A stretch of DNA of 64,000 nt, from positions 32,001-96,000 of the forward strand of contig JBIKWN010000001.1 in the NCBI GenBank assembly GCA_044356295.1. Reading direction: 5' to 3'. A model generated the notes under the pieces. That model made no database searches. It saw only the letters and a list, made by a program, of their open reading frames with translations, and had not been told where the DNA came from. Shown in pieces: positions 59,568-64,000 of this stretch. The translations under genes and the position numbers were made by a program. Position 1 is the first letter of the stretch. Each line of letters starts with the position of its first letter. The stretch is from Bdellovibrionota bacterium (GTDB taxonomy: Bacteria > Bdellovibrionota_C > UBA2361 > JBIKWN01).

Positions 59568-60772
59568 AGCTTTCCGATGTTTTCAATAATTGCTACCGAT
59601 CGCTTTCTGCCCACAAACTGAGAACAATCCTTACTATCTTAGGAATGGTTATCGGTGTTTTTGCAGTCGTAACACTGGTATCAGTCGGACAGGGTGCGAA
59701 ACGATTTGTTCTTTCTACATTTGAATCATTAGGAACAAACGTCATTATCATTCAACCAGGAAAATCAGATACAAGAAGCAAACTAGGCCCCCCAGTTGGA
59801 TCAGCAAAAAGAAAGATGACCCTTGCAGATGTTACAGCGCTGCAGAAAAAAACTTTTCACCTTGATGCAGTCAGTGGACTTCTTTTAGGCTCTGCTTCAA
59901 TTTCACAAGAAGAGTATCAAGCCAATATTAGTGTTTTTGGGTGCGCGGAATCCTTTATTAATATTATCAACATTCAAATTGATGACGGACGTTTTTTTAC
60001 AAAAGAAGAAGACGAATCAGGCAGGCGCTTTGTTATATTAGGAGCAATTATAAAAGAAAAACTTTTTGGAAAAGATCCTGCTCTTGGAAAATCAATAAAA
60101 TTAAATCAAACAGAATTTAAAGTTATAGGTGTTGCAAAATCAGCAGGTGATAAACTTGGATTTAACATTGATGAGTTTGCTTTTATTCCAACCTCTACTT
60201 CGATGCGGCTTTTTAATGACGATAAATTATTCGGTATTCGTGCAAAATCTTCTTCGCGAGTTTCGATTGATACTGCTGTTGATGAGATAAAAGAAGTACT
60301 CAAAGAGCGCAGAAACGGTGAAGAAGATTTCACTGTTGTTACCCAAGTTGCAATTATGGATTCTCTTGAAGGCATTTTAGGAATGCTTAGTTATGTTCTA
60401 GGAGCTATTGCTTCAATTTCAATGCTTGTAGGAGGGATTGGAATCATGAATATTACACTAGTCAGTGTTTCTGAACGTACACAAGAAATTGGAATAAGAA
60501 GGGCTCTTGGGGCAAGTCAAAAAAATATCCTTTTTCAATTTCTTTTAGAGAGCTTACTGTTAAGTGTGCTTAGTGGAATTATAGGAATATTAGCGTCTCT
60601 TGTATTGAGTAGTGGGTTATACCTATTTTTTCCTTCATTTGATATGAGCCCTCCTTCCTGGATTTATCTTCCAGCATTTTCACTCTCTGTAATTATTGGA
60701 GGGTTGTTTGGTGTTCTGCCTGCGGTGAAAGCTTCTCGTATTGAGATTCTTGATGCGCTTCGGCATGAGTAG
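59564..60772 (+). CDS. MacB-type ABC permease
   Basis: HKLRTILTILGMVIGV, VGGIGIMNI..VSVSERTQEIGIRRALGA, DALRHE. Confidence 0.93.
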   Translation: MKLSDVFNNCYRSLSAHKLRTILTILGMVIGVFAVVTLVSVGQGAKRFVLSTFESLGTNVIIIQPGKSDTRSKLGPPVGSAKRKMTLADVTALQKKTFHLDAVSGLLLGSASISQEEYQANISVFGCAESFINIINIQIDDGRFFTKEEDESGRRFVILGAIIKEKLFGKDPALGKSIKLNQTEFKVIGVAKSAGDKLGFNIDEFAFIPTSTSMRLFNDDKLFGIRAKSSSRVSIDTAVDEIKEVLKERRNGEEDFTVVTQVAIMDSLEGILGMLSYVLGAIASISMLVGGIGIMNITLVSVSERTQEIGIRRALGASQKNILFQFLLESLLLSVLSGIIGILASLVLSSGLYLFFPSFDMSPPSWIYLPAFSLSVIIGGLFGVLPAVKASRIEILDALRHE

Positions 60773-60783
60773 ATGTATGCACC

Positions 60784-61740
60784 TTAAATCCGGCCAAGAT
60801 AATCCGCAACCGAATCCTCAAGACTCGTAAACTCCTTCTTATACCCTGCACGCCGAAGCTTAGTCATATCAGCCTCTGTATAATCTTGATACTGACCAAC
60901 AAGGCTCTGATGCATATCGATATACTGAATCGATACCGGTTTATTTAAAACTTTAAAAGCAGCAGCAGCAAGATCGTTCCACGTTCTTGCTTTTCCAGAA
61001 CCAAGATTAAAGATTCCATTTACTTTTGGTTTATCAAGAAGCCAAAGCATGACATCAACGCAGTCTCTCACATAAATAAAATCTCGCATCTGTCCACCGT
61101 CTTGAAACTTTGGATTATTAGATTTGAAAAGTTTTATTTGTCCTGTGCCAAGGATCTGCTCATAGGCTTTTATAACCATTGAGCGCATATTTTCTTTATG
61201 AAATTCTTTTGGCCCAAAAACATTAAAAAACTTGAGCCCTACAATTTTACTTAGATGCTTATGCTTTAACGCCCATTGGTCAAAGAGGTGTTTTGAGTAT
61301 CCATACATATTAAGGGGTCGCAGCGTATCAAGCTCTTTGTGCTCGTCAAGGTAGCCTTGCTCTCCCAATCCATAGGTTGCAGCACTACTTGCATAAATAA
61401 ATCTTACATTAGATTTTATTGCAGCTTCGGCAAGTGAAATAGAATAGTGCACATTATTTTGCATCAAATAATCAGCATCAAGTTCAGTTGTTGCAGAGCA
61501 GGCGCCTAAGTGAAAAATTGCACCAACATCTTTTAGATAGTTTCGTTGACTGACCTTAGATAAAAAATCATTTTTATGGATAAAGTCTTCGAATGTTAAG
61601 CCTACAAGATTTTTCCATTTGGGTCCTGAACGAAGCGCATCAACAATAGTAATATTAGTAAAACCTTTTTGATTTAACCCCTCAACAAGGTTTGCACCAA
61701 TAAAACCAGCTCCTCCTGTGACGATAATTCTTTTTTTCAT
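60784..61740 (-). CDS. hldD: ADP-L-glycero-D-manno-heptose 6-epimerase
   Basis: VTGGAGFIG, FHLGACSATTE, YASSAATYG, PLNMYGYSK, FNVFGP.E.HK..M.S, YQDYTEAD. Confidence 0.95.
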   Translation of the reverse strand: MKKRIIVTGGAGFIGANLVEGLNQKGFTNITIVDALRSGPKWKNLVGLTFEDFIHKNDFLSKVSQRNYLKDVGAIFHLGACSATTELDADYLMQNNVHYSISLAEAAIKSNVRFIYASSAATYGLGEQGYLDEHKELDTLRPLNMYGYSKHLFDQWALKHKHLSKIVGLKFFNVFGPKEFHKENMRSMVIKAYEQILGTGQIKLFKSNNPKFQDGGQMRDFIYVRDCVDVMLWLLDKPKVNGIFNLGSGKARTWNDLAAAAFKVLNKPVSIQYIDMHQSLVGQYQDYTEADMTKLRRAGYKKEFTSLEDSVADYLGRI

Positions 61741-63722
61741 TGAGAAAGTACCCTTATCGATTTAATTGCCACTCCTAATCTTCGCTGGTCCGTAGAAAGT
61801 CCTTCACTTTCAGGACTTGAAAGTTTTGGAAGAGTAAGGAAAAAACCTTTTTCATCTTTTAGCTCTTGATACGGAAGTTTAACGACAATTTTTTCAAATT
61901 TATTAACTTCTTTTAAAGGTGGAAGGGCAACATCGGCTAAAAAGTCTCTAAAAGAGGCAAAAAGCGGCAGATTCTCTTTCCAGGGGGTCATAAGTTCAAT
62001 CTCAATAGTTGAGAATCCATTAATTCCTCCAAAGAAATGGTCATGAATAATATCTGGAATTGAGACTTTTGAAATTCTTGTTTGTAGCCAGCAATAAGGC
62101 TCACTTGCAGTTGAACATACAAATAAATCATCTTTCGCAGACAAGGGAACCTCTGAAATATCCTTACTTTCAGCCATAGCTCTTTTTTGATCGCTTGTTA
62201 AAAGATCTTTTGAGAGAGATACAACAAATAGCTTTGGATCGTGGACGATTCGAGCTCCTTTTTCTTGTGAGCCAAGAGTGAAAGAAACAGGATAATTCTT
62301 GGTAGCATCAGCAGTAGCAGTAATTAAATAATCAAATCCACGAAGCCTTGCAGCAGAAGCATCGGTAAGTGAAGGAACTTCTTCAAGCTTATTTTCAATC
62401 ATACTAATCTTTGCAATTTGTAAGTCCTGTGAAACTGCAATATTAGAAAGATGCTCTGATTTAATTTTTTCTATAACTTCAATTCTGCTCTCTGTTGAGG
62501 CATCTGCAGGACTTAAAACCCCTGAAACATACGGTGGAATAATAAATCCAATGCCAAGAATTCCAAGAAACAAGAATAAAATTTTTGAACGCTCTTGAGC
62601 CCAATGAAGTGTTATTCCAAAGAGGATGCTTAAATAGGGAATCATCACGAGCATATTTCTAGTAAAATTTGCTTTCTGACTCGACATGAAAATCAAATAG
62701 ATAATTGGAAAAACAAGAATGGTGGCTGCTGCTTTTTTATGCATTTTAAAAGAGCAAAGCACTCCGAGGGCTGCAAGTATTACGACACCCCATCCAAGCG
62801 CATTTTTAACAAACCAGTTGATAAAGAATAAGAATTGGGAAAAGCCAGGGGTTCCTGAATTACCTTCATGTCCTGCAATTTTGTAGTGCCATATTTCGTA
62901 TGCAAACTGATCAAGAAACAGAGGGAGATGTTTGAAAATAAAAGGAGACCCAATGAAGAAACTTATAATGCTCACAACGAAAGCAACTACGGCTCCGCCG
63001 ATACCGATGGTGCTCGTTGAAAGAGCTGCAACGATAGGAACTAAAATTATTGGAAGAGCATTATACTTTGTTGAAACAGTTAATCCTGCAACTATTGCTG
63101 CAATCAATAATCCTTTTGCTCCGTCTCTTGATTGAACACTAACAACGGAAAGAAGCGTCGTAAGAATCGCCAAAAATACAACAACAACATCAACACCAAT
63201 GACGGCTGATTCGCTTACTAAAGCAGGAGACAGTGCACATGCAGCGCCTACAAAAAAACTAACGATAGGTGAAAGCTCTAAGGTGCGAGCAAGGATAAAG
63301 GTCAAAAGCACTGTAAGAACACTTAACAATACAGAGAAAGCCCTGTTCCATTTAACAATGCCAGGGTGGGACGCACTAAATGCATATTTCCCGACGCCAT
63401 TTTCGCTTGTCGTAATAATTTCTTTTGTAGATCTTATTCTTCCCTTACTGACTTCGAATAAAAATGAAGTCGCAACAACCGGCATGCGAAGATAAAAATG
63501 GAGGGATGGTTTATGAAAGTACTCTGGGTCAAAGCTTCCGGATTTGACCATGTTTACTACTCGGTTGAAGTGGTGGGCTTCGTCCTCGTTATAAAAATAG
63601 GGGAGATCTTTTGAGATATATGGGGATCGTACCCAGGCTGCGACAAGGAGAAGTAGGAGTAGTGATATGGCTCTCATAATGTGGGTGAATAATACCGATC
63701 TCTCTCGAGCAAATATAGTCAC
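61737..63722 (-). CDS. GT-C superfamily (GT39/ArnT/PMT-like) polyprenol-phosphate-sugar-dependent glycosyltransferase; start may be ATG 63677
   Basis: First-loop NEDE acidic motif, multiple TM helices, STKYN, RNML, C-terminal periplasmic domain ending D.RRLGV. Confidence 0.8.
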   Translation of the reverse strand: MTIFARERSVLFTHIMRAISLLLLLLVAAWVRSPYISKDLPYFYNEDEAHHFNRVVNMVKSGSFDPEYFHKPSLHFYLRMPVVATSFLFEVSKGRIRSTKEIITTSENGVGKYAFSASHPGIVKWNRAFSVLLSVLTVLLTFILARTLELSPIVSFFVGAACALSPALVSESAVIGVDVVVVFLAILTTLLSVVSVQSRDGAKGLLIAAIVAGLTVSTKYNALPIILVPIVAALSTSTIGIGGAVVAFVVSIISFFIGSPFIFKHLPLFLDQFAYEIWHYKIAGHEGNSGTPGFSQFLFFINWFVKNALGWGVVILAALGVLCSFKMHKKAAATILVFPIIYLIFMSSQKANFTRNMLVMIPYLSILFGITLHWAQERSKILFLFLGILGIGFIIPPYVSGVLSPADASTESRIEVIEKIKSEHLSNIAVSQDLQIAKISMIENKLEEVPSLTDASAARLRGFDYLITATADATKNYPVSFTLGSQEKGARIVHDPKLFVVSLSKDLLTSDQKRAMAESKDISEVPLSAKDDLFVCSTASEPYCWLQTRISKVSIPDIIHDHFFGGINGFSTIEIELMTPWKENLPLFASFRDFLADVALPPLKEVNKFEKIVVKLPYQELKDEKGFFLTLPKLSSPESEGLSTDQRRLGVAIKSIRVLSQ

Positions 63723-63754
63723 AACTCAATGGGGTTAGTTTTAGCGATTTGTTT

Positions 63755-63836
63755 TATCCCGTGAACGTGACCATGAGCGTAGGCGTGAGCGAAGATGCTT
63801 GGTCACGCTCACGCCTACGGTCAAGGTCACGGGATA
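63755..63836. repeat. Imperfect palindrome built from hexamer units (REP/MITE-like hairpin)
   Basis: CGTAGGCGTGAGCG (63778-63791) pairs with CGCTCACGCCTACG (63806-63819), and TATCCCGTGA pairs with TCACGGGATA. GC-rich within an AT-rich context. Confidence 0.8.
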
Positions 63837-63865
63837 GTAATGGCGGAGGAAAACTTAACCAGACT

Positions 63866-64000
63866 TTAAGCCAGGATATCTAACACGCTTTGGATCATCT
63901 CCTGACCTACCTGTAACACTTTTTGATTTGCCTTGACCTGTCGAAGATCCGATGAAAGCCCAACAATATCGACGATTACTGCATCATCCGAGGTTTCAGA
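63866..64000 (-). CDS. 3' end of a protein with a flagellar basal-body rod/hook C-terminal-like motif (partial)
   Basis: Manual translation ..DIVGLSSDLRQVKANQKVLQVGQEMIQSVLDILA* resembles Flg_bbr_C (MV.L....R.F.AN.KV....DEM..S.LDI.A). Confidence 0.6.
   Translation of the reverse strand, partial: SETSDDAVIVDIVGLSSDLRQVKANQKVLQVGQEMIQSVLDILA

Noticed and set aside
63755..63836. Possible CRISPR array or tRNA
   Set aside because: No repeat-spacer periodicity, no cas genes, and no cloverleaf or T-loop consensus.

Overview
AT-rich chromosomal window from a Gram-negative, flagellated bacterium. The gene order is deltaproteobacterial/Bdellovibrionota-like (inferred from parB-bactofilin-atpF'F-H-A-G-D-C with no atpB/atpE, and phoH-7TM/HD-ybeY). 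Most of it is housekeeping: F1Fo ATP synthase genes, recJ, rppH, rpmH-rnpA-yidD-yidC-mnmE, lepB, pyrE, cyoE, gpsA, gyrA, pepA, flgM, rlmH, frameshifted prfB, alaS and hldD. It also carries several lipid-linked glycosyltransferases, an RND pump and a TetR-controlled double ABC efflux operon. I saw no rRNA, tRNA, CRISPR array or intact mobile element. The best candidate for an undescribed system is a two-gene unit at 7696-8385: a membrane-targeted Cys/His-rich leader ending in the ribosome-arrest motif RGPP, directly followed by a Sec-exported metallothionein-like peptide. Other highlights: a single-ORF b'-b stator fusion, two genes missed by the ORF track that lack a canonical start codon (rnpA and an outer-membrane beta-barrel, both probably ATA-initiated), a GGA-hairpin-rich flgM leader, a sigma28 promoter set, an operator shared by two distant efflux operons, a hexamer-built hairpin repeat and a decayed higB. 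All calls come from reading motifs by eye; no searches were run.
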